From positions 14,570,001 through 14,634,000 of the forward strand of contig CM120640.1 in the NCBI GenBank assembly GCA_051362555.1: a stretch of DNA of 64,000 nucleotides, given 5' to 3'. The position numbers were made by a program, and so were the translations under genes. The stretch comes from Lingula anatina (lineage: Eukaryota; Animalia; Brachiopoda). Shown here piece after piece: positions 35,001-47,718 of the stretch (its first letter is position 1; each line of letters begins with the position of its first letter). The notes under the pieces are model-generated. The model was given only the letters and a program-made list of their open reading frames with translations. It was not told the DNA's origin and ran no database searches.

Positions 35001-37995
35001 CGAAGATAAGTTTATGCCCTTAAGTGTCTGCACAGACATATTGCATTAATTTGAGTTACATTCATGTCACAAGGAAAGGGAAAATGAAAAGGTCAGCCGC
35101 TGTCTGAATGTTTTATTTTTCTGAGCTGCATGGTTATTTTTCTGTGCTACAAGGTAGAGGTAATAAGTCCACTTCCATTTACTACATGTATAGCCGTCTT
35201 TAACAAGAGTAATCATCAGGAACAAAGTGCAAGCCAAAGCCATTTGCTTTACCAGAATGCAGAAATTTAAGTAAGTACAGCATTTACTCAAGATCCACCA
35301 CTGAGTAGGATACAATATTTCAGTAGGAAATATAATGCTAATATAATGCAATTATGCTACTCGCAGTTCCAATATTAACATTTTTAATTTTTGTTGATTG
35401 CCATAAACATGTTTTATAACATGTTATCCTATATTGAGGATATCTTAATGAGTTTTAACAAATCCATATCACAAAGTTAATACGGGTATTGGTTCCTACC
35501 AAAATATATCATTTTTCATTAAGAAGTAGGCAACATGTTCCGTTTTTCTCTCCACTTATAACAAATCCCTGGAAAGGATTAACACATCTCGATAACACCA
35601 TTCCTGGAATGAAATGTGTGCCTTGGCAAGCCAATAATCACGAAACTTACATGGCAATTAAAGTGGGACTTGCATGATCGAGAGTAAATATGATCAAATA
35701 CTTAAAACACTTAACTAGCTTTGGCACCATGCGAACGTCATCGAGTAAGATCTTTTTCAAAGAAACAGGGCACAGTGCGTCATCAGAGATGTCAAAAACT
35801 AAGTGCCCATATTGAGAAGCTATCACCGACAACAGACACCTATTAAAGACATCTAATAACGTGAGATGACGTTTGTTGTAAAAAAATAACTTGTGTATCA
35901 CTTATGAAAGACATGGGCATTTCCTTAGAAGGATGCGGAGGTTTTTGAGCGACCTCCAATTTAATTAAGCAATGTTCAACACTTCCTTAAAAGGATGTGT
36001 AGTTTGTTGAGCAACCTTTAAGTTGATTGAACATTGTCACTGTGTGAACTGTAAAATCTATTTTGATAACAGGTCTCAAGGTAAATTGTGCTAGAAGTCT
36101 TCAAGACACTTTGATTGCAGTACAGGTACATGCTCTTTGTCATAAGAAACTTTACCTGGAACTTGAGTTTATACGTTTACTTGCCAATATGCACGAAACC
36201 GTGGACGTGTTGTAGTGCTATTGGGATCAACCGGAGAGTCTGGTATAACGTAAAGTGAAAACTTATCGGGATGATACCCGACATCCGAGCCACTGATGTT
36301 CCATCCTTGGAATGAAATGTGGGCCTTCGGCTTCATGTATAACGCCCCAAACGTATTTTTTGCGTGTGAGAGACATAGTTGGGTTGTTGTTTATCGGCCT
36401 CATCGCAGTTTTTGTTTACCGGTCACTTTATATCCGCCCCGCAAAAAGAAGTATTTTATTACATGGAATAATACTGTGAGAAAGTCGAGATACACGTCTT
36501 AGCCAAGTAGGAAGTGTAACTATTTTCCATGGCGCCCTTTATGGTACCCTTTATATAAACTTACCTAACACAGAACGTTGTGATTACGTGTCCACAGGGT
36601 CATGTATTTGTTAGACCATCAGCACACCTTAAGAGAGCGTAATAATAACGTTCTTCACTGTCACTGTTATTATCATTAACCCTGCACTTTATATTAAAGT
36701 ATGTTAATTTTAATGAAATTTGCAAATTATACTTTTTTTGTTAATTTTAGATTAAATGGTGATAAAATCAGTGGGTTGAACTTCATATGCAATTTTCCAT
36801 GCTTTTATCCATATTAAGGTGCTCCCAAAACTAATCAAGATCTTCACTCTTAAAACTGATCAGTTAAACTTCGTTCAATATTCAACAATTCACTCGGTCA
36901 ATATACATTCGACTAAATATTCAGTTAACCTAACTGTATCAAAATCAGTAACCGTTTTGTTTATAGTGTGTGTGATTGCATATTGTGCACTGGTGAGCGT
37001 AAGGCCCTATTTTTAATTTTTTTAAAAATATTCTCTAAATGTTATTGTGTAACGTTTCTAAAAATGTTCCAAAAACATTGACAAAACTTTCCTGGGAAAC
37101 AAACTTTATTGTAACATTAACCTAACGTTGCCTTAAGGTTCTCAGAACATTCTTTGTTACAGTCCTACGCACGCTTACAATCCAGTCGTTTGGCGCATAA
37201 TGTGCTATTATGACATAAAGAATCACATACGCATATTGTGATGACGTGTTATTTTCAGGAACCAACGTGACAAAAAGCACATTGCAAATTGAAATGGCTG
37301 TCATAGCCAAGTTTCTAGCACTTAATAATCCACACTGAGTCCCAATCCCAATAATACAGCATTACACACATTTATGTTTTTAAACCAACATTACCTTGGT
37401 TTGGTATTTAGTATCATTTTGCATCGTAGGCCTACCAATTTGCAATTTGAGAAGGGATGGTAGTTTCATTATTCAGAGAGGTTGTGACATTTCAGTAAAA
37501 CATAAAGTATGGTAATTATTTTAAAAGAAAAAAAGGTAATTAAAGGTAATTTTGGGAGAACTTGACCCAACTAAAGCTTTTCTCTCTCTCTCTCTTTTTT
37601 TGGTTGGCCATGTTTTTAATTTTTTTGTTTTCCAATATTCTACATTAGCCGGAACAAAAGCCACCACAAACAAGTTTTGTCACAATACATGGCAATCAGA
37701 AGCGTGTTTTATTTACGTAAAATGTTTATTTCACCCATGGATGTGTTAATCATCAGGCGTTCACAACAAGTGACTGTGTTAGTTGCACAAGATGTCGAGA
37801 AGAAAGCTGACAGGCTGATAATACTTGGTTTATCTTTAAAAAATTAGGTACAGAGATATCAAAAAGTATAAATAATTTATCAGTATCCGAAAACAGTGCA
37901 TAGAACTCATAACTCATAATGCATTTATTATGGTTTCTGTGAATTTTGCTTGATAAGCAAAATGCTGCATATTCTTCTTCCTACCTACTTTCCGA

Positions 37996-38040
37996 TCTAT
38001 CTATCTATCGAACTATCTATCTATCTATCTATCTATCTAT
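37996..38040. repeat. (CTAT)n microsatellite
   Basis: Direct reading. Confidence 0.9.
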
Positions 38041-40000
38041 TGTGTGGCGTTATATTAAAGCACGACACGGTTCATTTCCAACAACCCCATGGAAAATGTT
38101 GAATTAAATGACTTGGAAACCTTATTCTTTTGTTTTGGTTTCTATCCATCAATTAAGGCAAGGAATCGTAGTATAGATTAGAATCTTATCTTCACATCGT
38201 TCCATTTATATTTTAATGTAATATAAAAAGCTAAAGGATACAACCTAGTTTTTGTCGTCAAAATTTTGACGACATTTTAGGATCACTTATGTTACGTGCT
38301 ACTTTGATGCAAATAAACCCAGATGTCTTTGGAATAGCAGCGTTCAAATATATTGCGTGCTTAACATTTCCGTAAAGGATGCCATCTGATATCTGCAGTT
38401 ACCATGCCACTGCTTTAATTGAATTACATCCGTTTTCTTATATTTCCGATATAGGTCATCTTCAATATTAAAACACAAGCTTTACATAAGCGTGCCATGA
38501 AACCATAAGGGGAAACCAGTCTTTGTTAATGAGGCTTCAAAGTGGCTTAGAACGATGCGAACTACGTGGTAACAAGATCGAGTTGGTTATTATCTATGCT
38601 TAGGATTAGAGGCCTGGAAACTGCCACAGTAGGTTGCACATATGTAATTACAAATAAAGCCAACAAATAGCAGGATATAAAGGAAACGGATACAGTTTGG
38701 GTGGACAGAGGGTGCACAACATGCACAGTACTAGTATCACCTACGGTACGTGCTTATATAGTTGCAAAACGGGCTTGTACTGTTGACACGCAGCTTAGAC
38801 ACGTGAGGTGTGAAGCCAACACGCGGGACCATATTCAGGATACATTTCCAAAAGAAAAATGGGAACTGATTTTATCACGAGCCCAAGCAGCAGAATCTGT
38901 ACTTTTCAAATATTGCAAGGATAGGGAAATTGATTCACACACGACATGGACATTTTAGACCATGGAATAGAATTTTGACACAGCAGAAATATGGGAGAAA
39001 GGTAATGTATATACATCTGATTTAAAGCTAAGTCTCTTGGAAAGGTGTTTGATCAATGGGCTGAAGGGTAACTAGAGTCAAGTAGATTTATATGTAGATG
39101 GAGGACAATATCTGGATATTGGAATATTAGCTATAGGTAATAGAATCTCTAAAACATATGGCGCTATATGAAAAGAATTCAGTTAAAGATCACATATATC
39201 ACAAAAAATCAAATCAAGAGGCATAAGTGCTTGTATACAGAACACTGCATGTATGTGAAATGGAATATCGGCAGTTACTATGATTGTCTTGAACATACAT
39301 TGAAACCAATTTAGATTTTACCTATTAGTATACTTAAATAAATTAACTTGATAGTGGTTTACCAACACATTATTGTTTTTCTAAATGCCAGCAATTTTAC
39401 CAGGAACTTTGATGGAAAACATACTGAACTGATTTCTGCGAACTGTTCATCGGAAGGAAAACAAAACCTTACATAAGAGACTGAGTCGAGATATACCTAT
39501 TCCACACCGGCAAGCGTAAAGGATAGAAGAAAAAGCCTACTGAAATAATTCAACTGCCCCCTAATGAACCCTCAACAGTCGTGAGGCAACCGTTATTAAA
39601 TAACTCTTTGGCAGTAGGGGAGCCAGTGCTGAGAAGAAGAAAGAACTATTTGAAGTCTGCGTGATGCTAACAATTGATCCCCTCCTCACCCTCACAGAGC
39701 ACTACCATCCAACCCACGCACAGCTGTCTCTTCAATACATTTCCACGGACTAGGTACTTATTGCCGGTCACATCACTGCAGTATCAGATGACAGCACCGC
39801 TGAAAGCATTCTCGCTGCGGCAATTTCAGTGACAGAAATGATTGGAAAACAGAAATTAGGTTTCTATTATTTGGCAAAACCGTGACGCAGTAGATCTAGT
39901 GTTACAGCGATGGAAAGAAGTCACTCAATAGTATGTATGCACAGCGACCAGTTCCCTTGGCAGCATCAGCACAGATAACAAGCATTTTCTCTTTCTCCAG

Positions 40001-40211
40001 TCTTCTTTTCCCGACTGGATCAGAGAACGAGAACAGCGTGTCGTGTAGCTATTTAATTTAGCTCGACGCATCAATCACATCTGAAAGCATCTGGACCAAT
40101 ATTGGGGATTGCTTTGAGAAGGTTAAACCCACGAATAACATTAGCAGGCTCAAACGTAACCTATCGAACCTGCCAAGACCTAATTACAGACGGTGTAGTG
40201 GTGACGCAAAG
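40001..40211 (+). other. Possible non-coding 5' UTR exon of the GPCR gene
   Basis: Acceptor-like TTTTCTCTTTCTCCAG at 40000 and donor AAG|GTAAGG at 40211/40212. The GPCR exon starts at an acceptor, so upstream exons must exist, but the linkage to this one is inferred only. Confidence 0.3.
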
Positions 40212-41742
40212 GTAAGGCTTTTAATCTTTTCACGGTTTTTAACGAACCGAAATAGATATAACTCTGATATATATTTTATGTTATCTAATATTTATTTGAT
40301 AGCATGAATGCGATTTGAAGGTTCTGTTCAATATGTTTGCAGGAACGTAGTCGCGTATACAATGTAGGCAAATGCACCATTTACAAACGACGTTTCGAAC
40401 GGTTTGTCATTGATTTACCCAGCCACAGGAATATATGTGTGAGTTAATGGCCTGTATTTATAAATAGCACAGAGCAACATATGCTTATTCGTTCCTAAGT
40501 CGGAATTCATTGAGGCGGGCTCATTGCTGACTCGATATCTAATTGAACGTGCTCTCGTTAACAGGTGGTTGTTCATTGCTCTTGGAGAAGACGGTTTTAG
40601 AATGGCACGAAGAGGCACCAGAGCGCAAGAAGTGGTATCTAGTGGCCTAGAACAGCGCCTGTAAGTAAGAAACTGTATCTCTGTATCGAACGAGTCTGAT
40701 TAGCTGTGAGATCACGTCCACATAATGGAGTCGTCTATAGAGAATTGGGTCGGTTCCAATCGTTGTTAAGGTCAAGGAACAATTGTTTATGTTAGAGGCA
40801 TCTAACTGTTGAATATGACCAAATATTTTGCAACCTTGACGTAAGTACTGGATTGAGTGAACGCCGCAAAATTTACATCAATGCTTGGTAAGATCTAGTT
40901 CTGATGTAGAGATATCACGCCTTGAAATGTAGTATGTTGACAAGCCAAGCATTGGATTCCAATTCAAATTTTGTCCGTAGTTCGTGGCATATGTTTGAAT
41001 GATTGTGTGAACCTGCGTCTACTAAAATATTAATCTCCTAAATCTCTGACTGTAACTGATATAGCCTCTTTAAAGATGTCAGTCAAATGTGCACTATTCA
41101 ATAAGCGCGGCTGGTCTATCTCAACTGATATCCATTTGCTCGGTGCACGGCAGCTTATGCACATACGGTCGAATTCGCATTGTACACATGTATAGGCAGA
41201 CAGATCTGTCAGGTTTAATATCTAAGCTAGGAAGTACATACTGCCAATTCAATAGTTAGAATGTCGATATTACCTAGTCAAACGTTTCACTAATAATAAC
41301 GCATTATGAAAGAGACGGCGCCTCTTCTACTGGCACGACATATATGCAGCAGAAAAAATCATAATGGGCATACTTCTAGATGAAAGACACCGGTGTATTC
41401 ATGACACTGCATGTAGAATGCACTGACGTTGAATAATAGATAGTATGAATGCTAGTGTTGCTTCCTCGAAAAAGACGTTTTTGAATGAAAGGCATTAACA
41501 AAAAGACATATATTGGACTGGCCCATTGTCATTGAGATAATTACCACTGTCTGTGTGAAGAAGGTGCAAAAGATGTATGTAGCGTTGGCGTGAATGCAGG
41601 TCTATAAACAACGTGATAAAATTGTAGTTTTATATTTGAAAGAGCTTGATATTCAAGCCTAGTATTCTACATTTATAACGCAACATTGATAAAATGACAA
41701 CACGGCAATATTAATGTCGTAAACCCAGCAAAACCACATATG

Positions 41743-41744
<2 letters not shown>

Positions 41745-41773
<29 letters not shown>
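41745..41773. repeat. (GA)n microsatellite
   Basis: Direct reading. Confidence 0.95.
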
Positions 41774-41776
<3 letters not shown>

Positions 41777-43210
41777 TTGGGATACAAGCTGCAATGTAGC
41801 CAGTGTAATTACCAGCAAAAGCAGCCAAGCTTAACCTTTTCATATGAACAGGCCTAATTTGCGAAAAGAATATATGAAATAAAAAAAAAACTTGCAATCA
41901 ACGACAAATCATTGAAGCGAATCGTAAAAAACATGCATAATTCTGGTGTCATTTTATCCTGTTGTTGTGTTCTAAATGTGCGGCGTATCCAGAGCAGCAT
42001 TATGGAGCATTCCATGACCAACTCGGGAGAGAGTGTGTTTGCCATCATGGCTGCGATTAAAGCCTGTAGTCAACTTACACCAAGCCATTCTTTGCATTTC
42101 CTCTCCACAATATAGATTTCATTGCATTAAACAGATTTCAAAGGAAAAGGATTTCCTTTCATCTCGATTGGTGCAGTCGACAAAATATCATATACAGCCC
42201 GGTTCACTTTTGGTAAGATTCGCGGTAAAGCGCTGGATTACTGATACACATGTAAGTGTATTGATATATATATAACTTTTAAAGCACTAAGCTTTTCGTA
42301 CAATTTACCACAAGCTTCTTTACTATATCTACTTTTATTCTCTTATCTGTGGATAAAGAATAATTGAGAAAGCTTTGATTGTGCAATACTGTTGTGTAAA
42401 ATGTTCTGACCGGAGGATTCGTCTTTTTGCTTATTTCCTTCTTAAATGTTGTCCTTAATGTGAAACCATCCTGGAAGCCATTTCACACGTGGTTCTAGGT
42501 AGTTTTTTTACACAGGTTATTATTGGCCACAGTTGTCAAAAGCTACATTAAATCCCACTGCGGCAATTTCTAATTATTTTACGTCAGTGCCTCACTGTCT
42601 TATTCTTTCTTTGAGTAATGCGTCACGACCTTTTAAAGAAAGTGCTAATTAGAGTAGCTGTCTGTCATGCAGCACTGACATCCATAGAAATTGAAACACG
42701 AACGAAAGATCTACTTAAGGTTATAATTAACACTGCTTCTAAATGAAATTAGGTGGAAAAATACTTTCGATTCTGTATCAATCTCTTTTTTCAACCCGCC
42801 GGGAATTTTGAGGGCATTTATGATCAAATTGCCAATATTCTGTCAAACAGGAGTGATGGTTTTCGTGACACACTTTGCATTGGTATCATTATTTCCATAA
42901 TTGTTTGCCAGGTCTAAACGTATACTGATATGATGAGAGTTTTACTGTGAATTTTATACACGCGTTATCATTTCAGAAACCCATTTCGACCAACATGCTT
43001 TGAAAACAATCATCTGCTTATGTTGTTGGCAGCTAGATTGCCTAGGTATGCTTAAGGTACTTGTTGATTTAAAAAGCATTTAACCATTTGATCGTATTTC
43101 AGTAATGCTGGCTGGCCAGAAAATTAAACAGGTTAAAGGGTTAACAAATTGCGTGCAGATTTTATATTGCCGTTATACAGGTAATAAGATTATGCGGGTT
43201 GCTTCTTTCA

Positions 43211-43252
<42 letters not shown>

Positions 43253-45737
43253 AATGCTGTTTATAAAATAAACTTAGCATTTATGCATTGGCAATGGATG
43301 CGCTTCTGGCATTTGCCGTGTATCACAGCTGATCATTTCCCCTTTGATTCCTCTTGTTTGTTTTTTGTGTGAAATAGAAGAATTTCCGTTTTGAAATATT
43401 TGCTAGGCATGTGTATCTAATGCCAAACACAGAATCGTATTACCGTCAAATACGCTGGAACAAGGGGCGATAGCACAAGGTACGTGAAACAGGTCGTCGC
43501 CAGGTTTGACATATAATCTCTTTACTCGGCAAATGGTACCATGTGCTTTACATATAAGATACATCAAATATATTATATGGCCATGGTCACAAGGGAAGTT
43601 GTGTCTTCTATTTCACGCAAACACATCTTTCATTGATGTGTCTATAGTCCCGTTAAACCGGGCTTGCGACCGCTTGGAGAACGAATTTTGGCTTGCTCTT
43701 ACCATTGGTCGCCCCGCCCGAGGATGCTAGCTGGTGTCCAAATAGTCTCACATTTCTCCTTGTCTTCATCACCCTTCCTCTTCCGCCTAGAGTTTTTTTA
43801 AGTTACTGCCCAAAACCCTCGCAAAAGTCCATGCAACCGCAGGGCATAGCCCTGCGATCGATGGCAAAAGTATACCAGAATCGTTCTCCAAACGGTCGCG
43901 ATTTCACGTTTAGTTAAAATTTGCTGGTTTGGTGTGTAAGCAAGAAAGTATTACGGAAGCATAGAAAACGACCTAGAGTTTCGTGATTTCAGCGGTCGTG
44001 GTAAGGTCAAAGCCCGCTGTTAATATAGCATATGGTAATATGGCAATGAATTTCATCACACAATGTTACGATAAATACAGAATAATTTTGGAGGTTATGC
44101 ACATAAAAATCAAATTCAAAGGAACAAGTTTTAACAGAACTGGTAGAGCATCTCTCCCCTTTACCTCTGCTTGCCATTTCTACGGAAGGAACATAGGAGT
44201 GGGTGACTAACTGAGGTAAAGCCCACTAAAAAAGCTATAGCCTTATTCCCTGATGAAGGTGTCTTTTGAGGCACTGAAACATCGTGGTAGTCACTTTGAT
44301 TTTAGCTGTTGTTGAAAGAATCTCTAATAAGTATATGGTAGAAAATACAGGAAAAGAAAATCACGCGAACTGTTCGTTCAGCCAGCTCCGAGCTGTGTAT
44401 TCGCTAGGTCTTTTTCTGTGAAGTATCAGATTTTTGCTTCTTTTTTTTTTAAACACGGCGTTTGACGTGTTGGACTCATCCGAATTCTCGTGCCTTGAAA
44501 CATTTAGATTACTTATTGATAATATAAATACCAAGGAAAACCTAGATAGAGACACGCCTTTCAATGAATTATTTGCAGATAAGACAGCAACATGCATGTT
44601 TATTGAATTTATGATGGAACAGATTTCAAAAATGAAAGAGTAGATGGAATAGTAATTATAAAAGTAAAAATATCTGATTTGCGCACACGTTTTCTGAAGC
44701 CTACCTCAGAGCTTTCGATCCTGTCCAAAACTTTGGTCATTGATGTTTAACTGAGTGTTAATCATTTTGTACTATGTAATAGCTTTATACAGGTGTCAGC
44801 CTGTCCCGAAATTCACATCAACAGAACAAACGATATAAAAAGTGTTCAAACTCCGCTCTGATTTTAAAAAGATCATCGTGCCATTCTTGTCATCTCGTGA
44901 CCTTTGGTGGAACTTCTCAGGCTTTGGCATAAGCTTCGTGGGCGATGAAAAAACTTTGCAAAGGTTCATTTTCTTGTTGAATTTGTATGTTCATTTTTAC
45001 CTGCCTAAGGCATCTTGTCAAATCGTGAGATATTTGTTTTGTGATCATCGGTGTCGTCGGGATTTTATCGCCTCACGAAGACAATACGAAAGAAACCAAA
45101 ATCTAACAAATTATGTAAGAAAGGCTGAATCACTTTCGTGTATCCATCGTATTAGTACACGTAAAGTGAGCTGCCATAAAAAATGTTCAGGGAACGTTTA
45201 TCCTTTTATAATCTGAAACTACTTTGGGAACATACATATGAGATTTAACAGTAACAGCAAATGGATACCGAAAAACATCAGCAAAATATTTTTACTTAGC
45301 AAAATGGATGAAATGACATAAATAATAGAATCATTATGTAGAACCTCATTATTTGTCTTCTGAATTTCAAAGTGTATCGCACTGTATTGTTATACCTGTG
45401 TAACTGGAATATATTCGATTTTGCAACCCGTTGTTTTCGTGTATTATGGCATCTGTATTACACCTTGCCTTATTATTTATTTATGTATTTAGTTATGTAT
45501 TTATTTTGTTTCTTTTGATGTGCGGTTGTTTGCTGGTAAATGCGTGACCTGCATGGCCGTGCACATTAATTACGATGTCAATAAAAATGTTTTGAAAGAT
45601 ATTTGAACCGACGAAAAGCGTTAATTATCCTTTTTTTGTACATTGTAACTCATATATTATAATTATTGTTTACAAATTAATGCATTCGATTACGTGCACT
45701 TCTTTTTATATTTCAATTTAATTTGTCCTCATGGTGT

Positions 45738-45994
45738 CAGGCCTTTAAACGGATGAGGCGTTTACTAACACTACCCGCAGATCTTTTAGCACTAACGCCC
45801 ATATTAACCACAAAACCCATGGATTAACCAACACATCGTACGATTATTTAGCACCAACAAAGCGATACCTATCACTAACATTTATCTGCTCTGGTAGTGC
45901 TGGTCAATTTGTGGGTTATATGGTTAATATGGGTGTAAGTGGCAAAAGATTTGCGGGTAGTGTTAGTAAATGCATCATACGTTCATAAGGCCTG
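45738..45994. mobile_element. 257-bp MITE with long imperfect TIRs and 5-bp TSD
   Basis: CAGGCCTT...TTTACTAACACTACCCGCAGATCTTT pairs with AAAGATTTGCGGGTAGTGTTAGTAAA...AAGGCCTG. GGTGT on both flanks. Confidence 0.8.
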
Positions 45995-46569
45995 GGTGTG
46001 ATACCCTGTATACACACTCTTATGTATCTATTTCAAATTCAACAGAAGACACATTGAAAACGTCGCATAATATCTCTCTTTCGATAAGAGTAAGATAAAA
46101 GAGAAAAACTATGAGTAATGAAAGAAGCTATTTTGCTAATCTTGATAAAAAGGAAAATTGTGAGACAATAATTTATTGTTTTGTAAAGGCTATCTCTATG
46201 TTAAATTTGAATATTATGAACAAAATTGGTAAACCGTTAGTACAAGGTATCAAAGTGCGATGTCTTCATACCCTAGGGAGCTTTAGAAGGCTAACTTGTC
46301 CATACGTATCTTTTCAATTATTTAAACATTGCCCAGATTGTTAGCAATGGGGGTGGGTGTCCGATTTTTTCTTTTATTTTTCTTTTATTTTTTGCCGATT
46401 TATACATAACCTTTGTTTCCCCCCGTACTTTTACTGAGGATTGTTTTAATTTTATATTACACTTTATACATGATACGTTGAAACCTACTACATGTATACA
46501 TACATTAACGTCACAGGAAAACAGTCAAGTATATCATGGAAAGCCAACGTATCACATTACCTATATATT

Positions 46570-47340
46570 AATCAGCAGAAAACTGAATTAAACGAAGGCG
46601 TGGATTCTAAAATGTCAATAGCGATACACAATGCAGCAGCTTCTGTGTGATGATAAATTACTTACCATGTACTCTTATATATAAGGGACGCCGTAAGTTG
46701 ATCATTTGAAGTGCTAATTAAATCCAGCACTAATTCATATAATTGTACCAACCATCTCTTGACTGAAGTAATGACTCTTACACAAAACAATATTAGGGAA
46801 TTGGAGGATAAGATGAAAGAAATTAAAAAAATAATGATAAGAGGGGTGGATGTTGACAAGATAGGACAGGTGTAACGGTATCTAGGGGAAACACAAGGCG
46901 TAAAAATAAACTAGATTCTGTCCCAAAATTTTCATAAGACAGCGCTTTCAGCATCAGTCAGTGTTTTAAAAATCGTTACTGTGTCATATTTTTTCCTCTT
47001 GGCGAATGCTACTTGTTTGAGAAACCCACCCCTTTTGTGTGCCAATATGTATACCACTTCAAGAGTAATATAAAATGTCATTCTTCCCAGCGAAATTGAT
47101 TTGGACGATCTTTGTTGGCTTACAGTGATGGACGAGCTCATCTAAGATGTCTTGATAGTCTGACTTGACTGAAACCAAATGTCAAAACTTGCGAGGATTC
47201 TCTTCAATCTATTAACTGGTTAAATGTTCTGAGGATAATACTCAGATATTGTTAGACGACCCATTACCAACCAATTTGTAAACTGCAAAGACCCTTTATT
47301 TTGTCATCCTCCCGGTTTTTGGCCAAATGCATTATTTCAA
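46570..47340 (-). mobile_element. Possible highly decayed RNase H-bearing LINE fragment
   Basis: Minus-strand translation TEAAALCIAIDILESTPSFNSVF resembles the AE..AI..AL..I...IFSDS RNase H motif. Many stops and frameshifts. Confidence 0.3.
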
Positions 47341-47676
47341 TATGTTACTTTTCCAGTGAAAAAGATAATTTCTGTGCAATTAATGATTATACAAAGTATA
47401 TCTTTCCAAAGAGGCGAAATGTGTTTTTGTACCATAAGATATGAGGTGTGGCAAAAAATTTAAAAAAAAAAGAAAGAAAAGTCGTCGTGCAGAACAACGT
47501 GTTTAGTCTCTGTAGAAACGTTTTTCTATTTTCAACATGTTACTCTTTATGTCAGTATATGTCACACCAAAGGAGCGTACCACGTGGAATCAGACACGAT
47601 GTTGTTCTACATGAAAACGCCCGTCTTTACTGATATTATTGTTACTGTCGACATTATCATAACTTTTTATCTTGAT

Positions 47677-47718
<42 letters not shown>

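Noticed and set aside
38700-39330. Purine-rich stretch resembling decayed retroelement coding sequence
   Set aside because: No diagnostic RT or endonuclease motif could be read; too degenerate to call.
39789-39810. REST/RE1-like CAGCACC motif near the putative receptor 5' exon
   Set aside because: Only the left half-site matches, and relevance in this lineage is unsupported.
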